Of a DNA stretch of 64,000 bases, positions 41,326 to 50,638 are shown one piece after another. The notes below the pieces were generated by a model that worked only from the letters and a program-made list of their open reading frames with translations, did no database searches and was not told the origin of the DNA. The first letter of the stretch is position 1, and each line of letters opens with the position of its first letter. The translations under genes were made by a program, and so were the position numbers. Origin of the DNA: Vulcanimicrobiota bacterium (GTDB lineage Bacteria > Vulcanimicrobiota > Vulcanimicrobiia > Vulcanimicrobiales > Vulcanimicrobiaceae); contig CAVTWP010000009.1 of the NCBI GenBank assembly GCA_963738465.1, positions 117,002-181,001 of the forward strand, read 5' to 3'.

Positions 41326-42033
41326 GTGGGCTTGCCGGCACGAATCGCGCTCCCGATCTTCGCAGCGTTCGCGATCGCGCTGCTCGGAATTCTCGGCTGG
41401 TTTCTGCGCATCGGCTTCGGCACGACCGGTGCGGCGTTCGGACCGCCGGCGGTGCACGAACAGGGTGATGCGCGCATCGAGGCGACCGCTGCGCCGATCG
41501 CAACCGATCCGCCGGGGACGTTCACCGTGCCCCAGACCGGCACCGGGCCGGTTCAGAACGCCAACGCGCTGCCCGGCGCGTCGACCGGCGGCGGCAGCGC
41601 CGCGGCCGGTCCGCCGGCGCCGGTGACGCAAGAGTTCGGCGCGCTGCGCGCGCGCTTGGCCCGCAATCCGAACGACCTCGCCGCGCTCGTGCGGTTGGCC
41701 GACATGGAGTTCGACTCGCGGCACTTCGCCGCCGCAACCGCCTATTTTCGGCGCGCGCTCGCGCTCGATCCGTCGAACCCCGACGTCCGGACCGACTACG
41801 CCGTCGCGCTGCACGACAACGGTCACGATCTCGATGCGCTGGCGCAGGTCGATCGCGTGCTCGAGCAGCGCAGGGATTTCCCGGCGGCGCTGTTCGATCG
41901 CGGCGCGATCCTCCAGGCGATCGGGCGCCGCTCCGACGCGGCCGCCGACTTCCGGCGTTATCTGCGTGTCGTCGGGGCGAACGGTCCGCGCGCGGACGAG
42001 GCGCGCAGCGCGTTGCAGGAGCTCTCGGGCTGA
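41326..42033 (+). CDS. Membrane-anchored TPR protein
   Basis: N-terminal TM segment; TPR repeats (ALALDPSN). Confidence 0.8.
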   Translation: MGLPARIALPIFAAFAIALLGILGWFLRIGFGTTGAAFGPPAVHEQGDARIEATAAPIATDPPGTFTVPQTGTGPVQNANALPGASTGGGSAAAGPPAPVTQEFGALRARLARNPNDLAALVRLADMEFDSRHFAAATAYFRRALALDPSNPDVRTDYAVALHDNGHDLDALAQVDRVLEQRRDFPAALFDRGAILQAIGRRSDAAADFRRYLRVVGANGPRADEARSALQELSG

Positions 42034-42836
42034 CGACGCCGCGCGCGCCGGTCGTCGTCGGGTACCAAGGTCATCCCGGCGCGTTCAGCGACGTCGCCGC
42101 CCGCGCGCTCGTGCCCGGCGCACGGACGCACGGTTACGCTTCGTTCGACGCGGTCGCCGAAGCGGTCGCGGCCGGCGAGGTCGAGCTCGGCGTGCTGCCG
42201 GTCGAGAACGCGATCGCCGGGGCGGTGCCGCGCAACTACGAGCTGCTGTGGGAGCACCCGTCGCTGCACGTCCGCGCCGAAACGACGCTGGCGATCGAGC
42301 TGTGCTTGATCGGCTGCGCCGGCGCGACCGAGGACAGGGTGCGCGAGATTCGCTCGCATCCGGTCGCGCTCGAACAGGTGCGGCGCCGCGCGGACGCGCG
42401 CGGCTGGGAGCGCGCGACGGCGACCGACACCGCCGGCGCGGTGCGCGACGTCGTCGCGCTCGGCGATCCGGCGGTCGCGGCCGTCGGTCCCGCGCTCGCC
42501 GCCGAGCTGCACGGCGGCACCATCTTGCGCCGCGGCGTCGAGGACGAGCGCGAGAACTTCACCCGCTTCTTCGCGATCGCGCGCGGCGAAGAGGACGCGC
42601 GCGGCGATCGCGCCTGCGTCGGCATCGCGGTGGACGATCGCCCCGGTTCGCTGCGCGATGCGCTGGGCGCGTTCGCCGACCGCGGCATCGACCTGCGCTT
42701 TCTGATCGCACGGCCCGACCGCCGCGTCCCGTTTCGTTATCGCTTCTTCGTCGAGCTCGCCGGCGTCGACGACGCACGCCTGCGCGCCGCGCTCGACGCG
42801 ATCGGCGGCGAGCAGCGCATCCTCGGCCGCTATTAG
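42030..42836 (+). CDS. pheA: Prephenate dehydratase (start probably CTG 42030)
   Basis: YQG.PGAFS (upstream of the ORF-track start), PVEN, SHPVAL.Q, NFTRF, ACT domain. Confidence 0.92.
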   Translation: MTTPRAPVVVGYQGHPGAFSDVAARALVPGARTHGYASFDAVAEAVAAGEVELGVLPVENAIAGAVPRNYELLWEHPSLHVRAETTLAIELCLIGCAGATEDRVREIRSHPVALEQVRRRADARGWERATATDTAGAVRDVVALGDPAVAAVGPALAAELHGGTILRRGVEDERENFTRFFAIARGEEDARGDRACVGIAVDDRPGSLRDALGAFADRGIDLRFLIARPDRRVPFRYRFFVELAGVDDARLRAALDAIGGEQRILGRY

Positions 42837-42838
42837 CC

Positions 42839-43258
42839 TTACGTGTCCTGGTGCGCCGGGACGCAGAGCAGGCGCGGGACGAGGTTCGCGACGGAGAGCT
42901 TGCCGAGCCGATCGGTCACCGAGTGGTTCTGCGCCAATGCCGCACCGCCCGGCGCGTTGTAGCACACCAAGTGGTCGGCCACGCCGTCCACCGGAACGGC
43001 ACGCTGCCGGAGCGTCGCCGCGACCGGCACGCAGAACAGCTGCGGAACGGTGACCGTCACTTCGGAGGTTTGGAACTGATCGTGCAGCCCGACTTGGGCG
43101 GGAAGCTGTGGACCGAATTGCGCGCCGTAGCAGCGCAGCTCGGACAATGCGGCGGCCGGCGGAGGTGACTGCGCCAGCGCGATCCGCGGCGGCGCCGTGA
43201 CGTGACCGAGCACGAACGCGACGACCGCCGCCGCAACGACCGAGACGACCCTGACCAT
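42839..43258 (-). CDS. Secreted hypothetical protein with two Cys-bracketed repeats
   Basis: Signal peptide; LRCY...LFCVP and LVCY...LLCVP. Confidence 0.7.
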   Translation of the reverse strand: MVRVVSVVAAAVVAFVLGHVTAPPRIALAQSPPPAAALSELRCYGAQFGPQLPAQVGLHDQFQTSEVTVTVPQLFCVPVAATLRQRAVPVDGVADHLVCYNAPGGAALAQNHSVTDRLGKLSVANLVPRLLCVPAHQDT

Positions 43259-43334
43259 GCGCAACACGGTTCCTCCAAGCTTCGCAGCGCCCAGTATAGC
43301 CCGCAAGCGAGCGGGGGAGCAAGGGTCACGGCGC

Positions 43335-44237
43335 TTAGCGCGCGTCGTGCGGCGCGAATGCGGCGGCCACGCCGCTGAGGTCTTGGAGATGATCGACCGA
43401 GCTCGCGCGCAGCTCGCACGACGTCACGCGATCGGGCAGCGCTTCGCGGGCGAACGCGGCGCGGACGCGCTCGAGCCAGACGTCGCCGAGATACGTCGCT
43501 AGGCTGCCCAATACGATGACGTCGAGCACCAGGACGTCGGCCAGCAGCGCGCACGCCGCTCCGACGGCCTGCACGTTGTCGGCGATCGCCGCTTGGGCGA
43601 CCTGATCGCCGCGCGCCGCGCGCGCCGCGACTTCGTTCCCGCTCGTCGCGTCGAACCCGGGATCGTGCCGCCGCGCCAGTGCGGGCAAGACGCCGGCCGA
43701 GCCGTACGACTCGAACGAGCCGGGCTTGCCGAAGACGTCGGGACCGTCGTCGCGGTATCGCACGTGACCGAGCTCCGATGACGCGCCGTGCAAGCCGTAG
43801 ACGGCGCGGCCGCCGATCACGATCCCCGCGCCGAAGCCCGTTCCGCAGGTGAGATACGCCAGGCCGCCGGCATCGCGGCCGGCACCCCAACGCACTTCTG
43901 CCAGCGCGCACGCCGCCGCATCGTGATGCACCGTCACCGCCCGCTCGAGGTCGGCCCGCAGCCGCGGCCCGATCGGAAAGCCGTGCAGCCCTGGGAGATG
44001 CGGCGCGCTCAGCACGGTGCCGCTGTGCGCGTTCATCGGTCCGCCGATGGCGACGCCGACGACGCGCGCCTCGCCGGCGATCTCGCGCACCGCGTCGACG
44101 ATTGCCGCGTACAGCGCGGCGCCGTCGCGCGCTTGCGTCGACCACGTCCGGCGCTGCAGAATCGCGCCGTCCGGCGTGGCGAGCACGACGCTGGTCGTCG
44201 TCCCGCCGACGTTGATGCCGGCCGCCAGCCCGCTCAC
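43335..44237 (-). CDS. ROK family sugar kinase-like protein
   Basis: GINVGGT, HDA.A.ALAE, GTGFGAG, SELGH; Zn-binding Cys cluster absent. Confidence 0.85.
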   Translation of the reverse strand: MSGLAAGINVGGTTTSVVLATPDGAILQRRTWSTQARDGAALYAAIVDAVREIAGEARVVGVAIGGPMNAHSGTVLSAPHLPGLHGFPIGPRLRADLERAVTVHHDAAACALAEVRWGAGRDAGGLAYLTCGTGFGAGIVIGGRAVYGLHGASSELGHVRYRDDGPDVFGKPGSFESYGSAGVLPALARRHDPGFDATSGNEVAARAARGDQVAQAAIADNVQAVGAACALLADVLVLDVIVLGSLATYLGDVWLERVRAAFAREALPDRVTSCELRASSVDHLQDLSGVAAAFAPHDAR

Positions 44238-45880
44238 AGCACGATCACGTCGGCGTCGGGTTCGCTCGCGTGCACGCGCGCGGCGTTCGCTGCCGCGACG
44301 TGGCGCGCCGGGGGGCGGTCGACGATCAGCGCGCGCCACGGCGCACCCCCGATCGCGGCACCGGCGGCGACGCGCCGCATGGCCGCCGCGATCTGCGCGC
44401 GCAGCACGTCGCGATCGAGCAGCGCGGCATCGGCCGCCGGACGCACCAGCAAGCCGACTTGGTCGGCGCCTTGTCCCGTCACCAGCACGTCGGCCGCGTC
44501 GCTGCACTGGGCCAAGAACGCCGCGCGCAGCTCGGGCGCGCAAACCCACGCGCCATTGCTGAGCTTGAAGCGCCCGTCGAGGCGCGCGACGTACGCGAGA
44601 CCGCGCTGCGGAGCGCGCGCGTCGACCGGACGGGCGAGATCGCCGGTGCGCAAGAAACCGTTCTCGTCGAAGGCCGCCGCGGTGAGATCGGGCCGCCAAT
44701 AGTATCCGGTGCTCAGCTGCTGTCCGCGCGCGCGTATTTCGTACGCGTCGCCGGCTGGAACCAGCGCGAGCTCGACGCCGGGCAGCGGAGTGCCGATCGC
44801 GTCGAACTTCGGCGCGCCGCCGCTCGTCGCGCAGGCCGCGCCGGCGGTCGCGGTAGCGCCCCACACCGCCGCCAGCGGAACGCCGATCGCACACAACGCG
44901 TCGCGAGTCGACGGCGCCATCGTCGCTCCGCTCCAGCAGGCCAGGTCGAGCTGCGCGAGCCAGCGCAGTCGCAGCGCATCGTCGGCGCGCAACCGTTCGA
45001 CCCAGCGCGCCCAGCCCGACGGAACGTCGAACGCGAGCGTCGGCTCGAGCTCGCCGCGCAGCCGCGCGGTCCGCGCGGACGGCCCGTCGTCAACGACGTG
45101 CAGCGTGCCCGCATGCCGGAGCGCCAAGCCGAACACGACGTTGCCGCCGAACGCGCCGCTCCAGGGCAAGCCGTCGACGATCACCGGCGGCCGCCGTTCG
45201 AGGAACGGCCATGCCTGGGTGAGCCCTTGCAGCATCGCGCCGATCATCCCGTGCGTTACGACCGTCGCCGCGACCTCGGCGTCCGGATTGCTGCCGAACA
45301 TGAGCTTGGCGACGGTGTCGCCGTCGATGCCGATCGCGTCGTCGGACAGCGGAGCGTGCGCGAGGAGGCGCGCGTAGTCGAACGAACGGACCCCGGCCGG
45401 CGGCGCGCTCACGCTGACGAAGGCCGCCTTGGGCGCGACGGCGCGCACCGCGGCGGCGTAGGCCGGTCCGTCGTACGCGAAGACGACCGCCGGGCGCACG
45501 ACGTCGGCGATCGCGCGCAAGCGCGCAAAGCCCGGCGCGGCGAGTCCCAGTGACGCGTCGACCGGCGCGACGGGGATCGCGCCTCGGGCTGCGCCCAGCG
45601 CGAGCAGCGCGTGATCGATACCGTTGCCGCTCAGGATCATCAGCGGGCGCGTCTCCGACGCGCCGAGCGCGCGCAGCGCGCCGGCGACGCGCCGCGAGCG
45701 TTTCGCCGCGGTCGCGAAGCCGATCTGCCGCCGGCGCCCGTGCGGATCGCGCTCGATCAGGAACACGCGATCGGGTGCGCGCCGCGCGGCCTCGTCGAGC
45801 ATCGCCGGCAGCGTCGGCGGATCCGCGCGCAATGCGCCGCCGCGCAGCCGCAGGACCCCGTCGCCCGCGCCGGCGGTCAG
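44234..45880 (-). CDS. Feruloyl-CoA synthetase-like AMP-binding protein with degenerate catalytic motifs
   Basis: RPLMILSGN.I.HA, LPW...FGGN, TGD, FKLSNG.WV; P-loop replaced by FGSNPDAEV. Confidence 0.75.
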   Translation of the reverse strand: MTAGAGDGVLRLRGGALRADPPTLPAMLDEAARRAPDRVFLIERDPHGRRRQIGFATAAKRSRRVAGALRALGASETRPLMILSGNGIDHALLALGAARGAIPVAPVDASLGLAAPGFARLRAIADVVRPAVVFAYDGPAYAAAVRAVAPKAAFVSVSAPPAGVRSFDYARLLAHAPLSDDAIGIDGDTVAKLMFGSNPDAEVAATVVTHGMIGAMLQGLTQAWPFLERRPPVIVDGLPWSGAFGGNVVFGLALRHAGTLHVVDDGPSARTARLRGELEPTLAFDVPSGWARWVERLRADDALRLRWLAQLDLACWSGATMAPSTRDALCAIGVPLAAVWGATATAGAACATSGGAPKFDAIGTPLPGVELALVPAGDAYEIRARGQQLSTGYYWRPDLTAAAFDENGFLRTGDLARPVDARAPQRGLAYVARLDGRFKLSNGAWVCAPELRAAFLAQCSDAADVLVTGQGADQVGLLVRPAADAALLDRDVLRAQIAAAMRRVAAGAAIGGAPWRALIVDRPPARHVAAANAARVHASEPDADVIVL

Positions 45881-46326
45881 CTCGCGGCGCCCTCCAGCAC
45901 CGTTCCCTTGATCCGATAGCAGGTGCCGCGAAACAGCGCGACCAGGTCGCCGTCGTCACGCGTCACGGTGATGTCGTACACCCCGGTGCGGCCGCGCGAA
46001 GACTGCTCGCGCGCCTCGGCGATCAGCCGATCGCCGAGCTTGACCGCAGCGACGTACGAGATCGAGGCCTGCAGCGCGACGTTCGGCTCGTTGCGCGAGT
46101 TGCAGGCGAACGCGAAGGTGGAGTCGGCCAGCGTAAAGGTGATCCCGCCGTGCGCGATCGCGTGGCCGTTCACCATCGCCTGACCGATCCTCAGCGAGCA
46201 GCGCGCGTAACCCGGCCGCGCCTCCTCGAGCGCGATTCCCAGCGCGCGCGACGCGTGGTCGCGCTCGAGCATCTCCTCGGCGCAGGCGCGCGCCAAGGCG
46301 TCGCCGGTGAGCTCGCCGACGCTCAC
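45877..46326 (-). CDS. paaI: Hydroxyphenylacetyl-CoA thioesterase
   Basis: NGHAIAHGG..FTLADS.FAFACNS and GVYDI motifs. Confidence 0.93.
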   Translation of the reverse strand: MSVGELTGDALARACAEEMLERDHASRALGIALEEARPGYARCSLRIGQAMVNGHAIAHGGITFTLADSTFAFACNSRNEPNVALQASISYVAAVKLGDRLIAEAREQSSRGRTGVYDITVTRDDGDLVALFRGTCYRIKGTVLEGAAS

Positions 46327-48026
46327 GCCCCCGCGCCGGCTCCGTTGGACGCGACCGGCGTGCGCGTCTCGATGATGCGGAAGCGGTTGGCCACGAACGC
46401 CGCGTCGGTGAGGGACGCGTTGCCGGCCGGATTGCCGCCGGACACGTGAAAGTCGCTGAAGGCGGCCGACTGGTTCACCAGCAGCGCGCCGGTCAGGTTC
46501 ACCGCCAGATTGACTTTGCCGTCCCGCGCCCAGCGCTGTGCGCGTTCGAGTACCGCCGGATCGGTCGTGTGGACGATCGCGGTGATCGCACCGCGGTGGC
46601 GGGCGCTGCCGGTGGCCAAGCGCAGCGACTCCGCCGTGTCGGCGGTTCGGACGACGAACGCGATCGGACCGAACGCCTCGTGCTCGAAACGCTCGCGGTC
46701 GGCCGCGTCGACCACGGCGAGCAGCGGCGATCGCACGCGCGCGCCGGGAAACTCGGGATTGGCGACGACCGTGCTCTTGCGGACGACGCCGGGCTTGGCG
46801 TTCTCCTCGTCGATGCGGCGCAGCGTCGCATCAGTTGCGATCGCGCCGAGCACGCCGGCGGCGCGGGCCGGATCGCCGAGCAGCGCGTCGAGCGCTTTCA
46901 CGATCGCGCCGACCACGTCGTCGAACGCGACGCGTTCGCCGCCGGCCGGAATCCCGTCGCGCGGAACGAACAGGTTCTGCGGCGTCGTGCACATTTGCCC
47001 CGAGTACAGCGACAGCGACATCGCCAGGTTGCGCGCCATGCCGTCGAAGTCGTCGGTCGAGTCGATCACGACCGCGTTCACGCCGGCCTTCTCGGTGTAT
47101 ACGAGCGCGTCGGAGTTCTGCTCGAGCCAGTCACCGAACGCGGTCGAGCCCGTGTAGTCGATCAGCGCGATCTCCGAGCGCTGCGCGAGCAGCTTGGCCA
47201 GTGGATGGTCCGGCGGGTCGACCGCCAGCGTCACGACGCGCGGATCGTAGCCGCCTTCGCGCAGCACGGCCTGCAGAACCTCGACCGTGATCGCGAGCGG
47301 CAACACCGCTTGCGGGTGCGGCTTCACGATCACCGCGTTGCCGGTTACCAAGCTGGCGAACATCCCGGGGTACGCGTTCCAGGTCGGAAACGTCGAGCAG
47401 CCGATGGTCAGATCGACGCCGCGCGGCACGACGCGATACGTCTTCTCGATGCGCAGCGGCTCGGGCTTGGCCGGCTTCTCCCAGATCACGCGCTCGGGGA
47501 CGCGCGACATCTCGTCGTAGGCGTAGGCGATCGCTTCGAGCGCGCGGTCCTGCGCGTGCGGGCCGCCGGCTTGAAAGCCCATCAGGAAGCTTTGCCCGGT
47601 CGTGTGCATGACGGCGTGCGCCATCTCGAACGAACGGCGATTGATGCGCGCCAGCGCCTCGAGCGCGACGCCGACCCGTTCTTCGATCGGTACGTTTCCC
47701 CAGCGTTCGCCAGCGCTCACCGCCGCGGCGACGAGCGCGTCAACGTCGGCCAGCGGATACGCGACGTCGAGCGCGAGCCCGTACGGCGAGCGTTCGGGCG
47801 CGACCGTTTCGCCGCTGCCGGGTTGGTCGAGCGCGAACGGGCGGCCGAGCCGCGCGTCGAAGGCGGCCTTGCCTTCGGCCGCCGCGGTTTCGCCGTAGAC
47901 CTTGCCGCTCGCGCTTTCCGGATAGGCGCTGAAATACGCGCGGCTGCGAATCGCTTCGCGCGCACGGTCGAGCGTGGTGCGATGGCGCTCGAAGAGTTCC
48001 GCGCCGGCTGCCAGGGTGGTCGTCAT
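46323..48026 (-). CDS. paaN: Phenylacetate degradation aldehyde dehydrogenase-family protein PaaN
   Basis: FQAGGPHAQDR.LEA, CSTFPTWN.YPG, LYSGQMCT and FSDFH..GGNPA. Confidence 0.92.
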   Translation of the reverse strand: MTTTLAAGAELFERHRTTLDRAREAIRSRAYFSAYPESASGKVYGETAAAEGKAAFDARLGRPFALDQPGSGETVAPERSPYGLALDVAYPLADVDALVAAAVSAGERWGNVPIEERVGVALEALARINRRSFEMAHAVMHTTGQSFLMGFQAGGPHAQDRALEAIAYAYDEMSRVPERVIWEKPAKPEPLRIEKTYRVVPRGVDLTIGCSTFPTWNAYPGMFASLVTGNAVIVKPHPQAVLPLAITVEVLQAVLREGGYDPRVVTLAVDPPDHPLAKLLAQRSEIALIDYTGSTAFGDWLEQNSDALVYTEKAGVNAVVIDSTDDFDGMARNLAMSLSLYSGQMCTTPQNLFVPRDGIPAGGERVAFDDVVGAIVKALDALLGDPARAAGVLGAIATDATLRRIDEENAKPGVVRKSTVVANPEFPGARVRSPLLAVVDAADRERFEHEAFGPIAFVVRTADTAESLRLATGSARHRGAITAIVHTTDPAVLERAQRWARDGKVNLAVNLTGALLVNQSAAFSDFHVSGGNPAGNASLTDAAFVANRFRIIETRTPVASNGAGAGA

Positions 48027-48102
48027 GGCGTTCGCCTTTTCGGCGACATGCCCACGCGACCTCGGGACGGGACCGAACCAACCGGCCGCCGTACTGTCGG
48101 CC

Positions 48103-48581
48103 ATGACGTTCCGTTCGATCCTCGCCTTTTCTTTGCCGTCGCGCTGGCGGCGCCGGCCGCGGCGCAGGCGCCGCCCGACGACGGGCCCGCCTGGGTCTTC
48201 CTGGTCGGCTCGTGGTCGTGCACGCTGTCGAACGGGATGGGTCCGATCGCGGTGACGTACGCGCGCGGCCCGCGCGCCAACAACTACCTGCAGCACGTCA
48301 GCGCGCCGCTCTCGGGCGGCGGAACGTATTCGGCCGACGGCTGGATCTCGTACGATGCCGCCGCCAAGCGCTGGGTGTACATCGCCGAAGGCGCGCTGGG
48401 CGACTATACGGTGACGACCACGCCCGGCTGGCACGAGAACGTGCTCGTTTTCACACACGTCCTGCTAACCGGCGGCGACACGGGCGGAACGACGACGATC
48501 AGGAAGCTCAGCGACTCCGTCGTCGACGCCACCGTCACCGAGTCGAGCGGCACGGTGACGCAGCACTGCGTCAAGAAGTAA
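48103..48581 (+). CDS. Secreted beta-barrel-like hypothetical protein, with a probable 1-nt frameshift in the signal peptide (about 48130)
   Basis: ATG 48103 gives MTFRSILAF, continuing in another frame as FAVALAAPAAAQ...FLVGSWSC...YDAAAKRW...HCVKK. Confidence 0.65.
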
Positions 48582-48610
48582 GTCGGCGCAGCCCGTAACT
48601 TGAGTGCCGC

Positions 48611-49066
48611 ATGACGATAGAGGATGCGGTGGGTCCGCTGCTCTTACCGGTCGCGATCGCGGTTGCGATCGTCGCCGTCATCGCACTCTGCCGGCACGTC
48701 GCGCGGCGTTATCCGGCGGCGCCCGAGCGAATGCCCAGCGGTATCGGTATCGACGGCCGGCCGGGCCGCGAGGTATCGCGCCGCTGGCTATGGATACCGC
48801 CGTGTGTTCTCGTCGCCGTTACGGCGTTCTTGAGCACAGTGTTCGTGCGCCAGCCGCCGCCGGCCGACAAGGTCGTGACGATCGCGCTCGCATTTCTCGC
48901 CATCGCCGAGGTCGCGTGGCTGATGATCTGGGTGACCGACCGCCAGATCGAGCTTGCCCGCGGCATGACGTATCGTATCGCGCCGGCGCGTATGTTTCGA
49001 GCGGTCGCTCCACTTCTCGTCACCATCGCGATCACGCTGTTCCTCGCCATCCGCCCGGCGTCGTGA
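48611..49066 (+). CDS. Hypothetical four-TM membrane protein (DUF1648-like loop)
   Basis: Y..AP.RMP..IG.DGRP motif between TM segments. Confidence 0.7.
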   Translation: MTIEDAVGPLLLPVAIAVAIVAVIALCRHVARRYPAAPERMPSGIGIDGRPGREVSRRWLWIPPCVLVAVTAFLSTVFVRQPPPADKVVTIALAFLAIAEVAWLMIWVTDRQIELARGMTYRIAPARMFRAVAPLLVTIAITLFLAIRPAS

Positions 49067-49080
49067 CGTGAGGAAAGAAC

Positions 49081-50124
49081 TCAGAAGACCGGGATGATGT
49101 CCTCGGGCCCGATGTGGCCGACGTCGACGCCGTCGAGGTCGAGTTCGGGGATGGCAGGGAACTCGATGCCCCACTCGCCGACGATCGCGCGTACGCGCGC
49201 CAGCGCGGTCTTCCAGTTCTCGGCCTGCTCGTCGTAGGTCAGCACGCCCAGCCCCGCGTCGCGCGCGTGCTGCACGAGCACGCGATGGTTCGGCAGAAAA
49301 TAGTCGGGGATGTCCCAGAACTGGTTGGGCGGCTCCCACAGGATCATGCTCAGGAACACGAAGCCCGCGCGCAGCTGCTTGGTGATCATCGTCTTGTACT
49401 CGTCGCTGAGGCCCGGCCAGTCGCGCTCGAGCACGGTGAGGCAGATCGCGAGGTGGCGCGCCTCGTCCTGACCGACCTTCTTGAAGATCTCCTTGAACAG
49501 CGGATGCGTCGCCTTTTTCGACATCCCGAAGAACAGCGTCGACGACGCGACCTCGCCCATCATGAACGACGTGAACAGCACCGACAGCGGATACTTGGCC
49601 AGCGACGCGCTGTAGCCGGTCCAGTAGCGCCCGCCGTTGTGGTACAGCCAGCCGATGTTGTTCTGCGCCGCCTTGGCCAGATCGCTGGTCGGCTCGAAAT
49701 CCATCGGCGCGCCGGGGATGAGCGTTTGAATCGCGCGCTGGCAGACTTCTTCGTGGTTCATCTCATCGTGCGTGATCGAGAAGAAGCACTTGCGGATCGG
49801 GTCTTCCTGGTGCGTCTCGAACGCGTGGATCGTCGCCTTGGCGAACACGGCGGGTCCCGAGCCGTCGAAGTTCGCCAGCACCGCGTACCAGTACATGATC
49901 CCGAGCCGCTGCTCTTCGGTGAAATCCTCGGCGCGGAGCGTCTCCCACGGAAAGTCGGACGGGTTCCAGACGTGGCGCTTGGCGCGCTCGTAAAGCTCGG
50001 CCAGCTTGGGGGTCTCGACCCGCCACTCCATCGGAAAGATATTGGGCTGCGGCACCTCCGGGTACGGCGCGAAGCCGCCAGTCGGGACGACGAGTTGGTT
50101 CCGGTTCGGAGCGGTCAAGGCCAT
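49081..50124 (-). CDS. Ferritin-like (R2/AurF-like) di-iron carboxylate protein of unknown function
   Basis: WNP, NFDG, DEMNH, MGE and DEARH ligand pattern; strong codon bias. Confidence 0.85.
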   Translation of the reverse strand: MALTAPNRNQLVVPTGGFAPYPEVPQPNIFPMEWRVETPKLAELYERAKRHVWNPSDFPWETLRAEDFTEEQRLGIMYWYAVLANFDGSGPAVFAKATIHAFETHQEDPIRKCFFSITHDEMNHEEVCQRAIQTLIPGAPMDFEPTSDLAKAAQNNIGWLYHNGGRYWTGYSASLAKYPLSVLFTSFMMGEVASSTLFFGMSKKATHPLFKEIFKKVGQDEARHLAICLTVLERDWPGLSDEYKTMITKQLRAGFVFLSMILWEPPNQFWDIPDYFLPNHRVLVQHARDAGLGVLTYDEQAENWKTALARVRAIVGEWGIEFPAIPELDLDGVDVGHIGPEDIIPVF

Positions 50125-50135
50125 CGAAGGTTCTC

Positions 50136-50167
50136 CCTACCAAATGGTCGGTCAGGGACTGAGTATA
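50136..50167 (-). promoter_or_regulatory. -10 element plus palindromic operator of the di-iron gene
   Basis: TATACT (50167-50162) followed by ACCGACCATTTGGT (50152-50139). Confidence 0.65.
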
Positions 50168-50248
50168 CCCGCTAAACCGCCCGGCGGGCAACTCTCGCCC
50201 CGTTTGAGCCGAGTCGAATGACGGCAGCGGAGGCGCCAGGCGGCTTAC

Positions 50249-50273
50249 ATTGTACGCCGAATTGGCGTACAAT
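50249..50273 (+). promoter_or_regulatory. TA operator overlapping the -10 element
   Basis: ATTGTACGCC-GAATT-GGCGTACAAT, perfect 10-bp inverted repeat containing TACAAT. Confidence 0.8.
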
Positions 50274-50302
50274 AGCCCTCCCCGAAGTCCAGTGGCCTTG
50301 GA

Positions 50303-50638
50303 GTGCAAATGACCACGCCGCCCCATGATGATGAAGCGCGCCCGGCGGTCTCGACCGCGCGGAAGCCGAGTCGCGATCGAGCGCAATATCGGCCGACCGC
50401 GGCTCAAAAGGAACTGCTCGTGCGCGCCGCGAGCCTCACCGGGCAGACGCTCTCGGACTTCATGCGCACCGCGGTCGAAGAGCGGGCTCGAAACGTCATC
50501 GCCGATCACGAACGGATCGTTCTCACCGAACGCGCGCGCGGCGTCTTTTTTTCCGCCCTCGTGAACCCACTCCCGCCGAACGACCGGCTCGCAGCGCTCG
50601 CCGACCGGTATGCACGTGATGTGAAGAGCCGTCGGTGA
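50303..50638 (+). CDS. DUF1778 (TacA/AtaR-type) RHH antitoxin
   Basis: K.LLVRAA.L.G.TLSDF, I.L......F..AL.NP.PPN.RL. Confidence 0.92.
   Translation: MQMTTPPHDDEARPAVSTARKPSRDRAQYRPTAAQKELLVRAASLTGQTLSDFMRTAVEERARNVIADHERIVLTERARGVFFSALVNPLPPNDRLAALADRYARDVKSRR

Noticed and set aside
48088-48101. Third copy of the TetR-type operator upstream of paaN (GCCGACAGTACGGC)
   Set aside because: Only the CCG/CGG core matches, which is too weak in GC-rich DNA without a PWM test
49081-50124. PaaA/PaaC, AcsF or a true NrdB
   Set aside because: Lacks the family-specific sequence motifs as I know them; no radical Tyr and no nrdA or paaBCE neighbours
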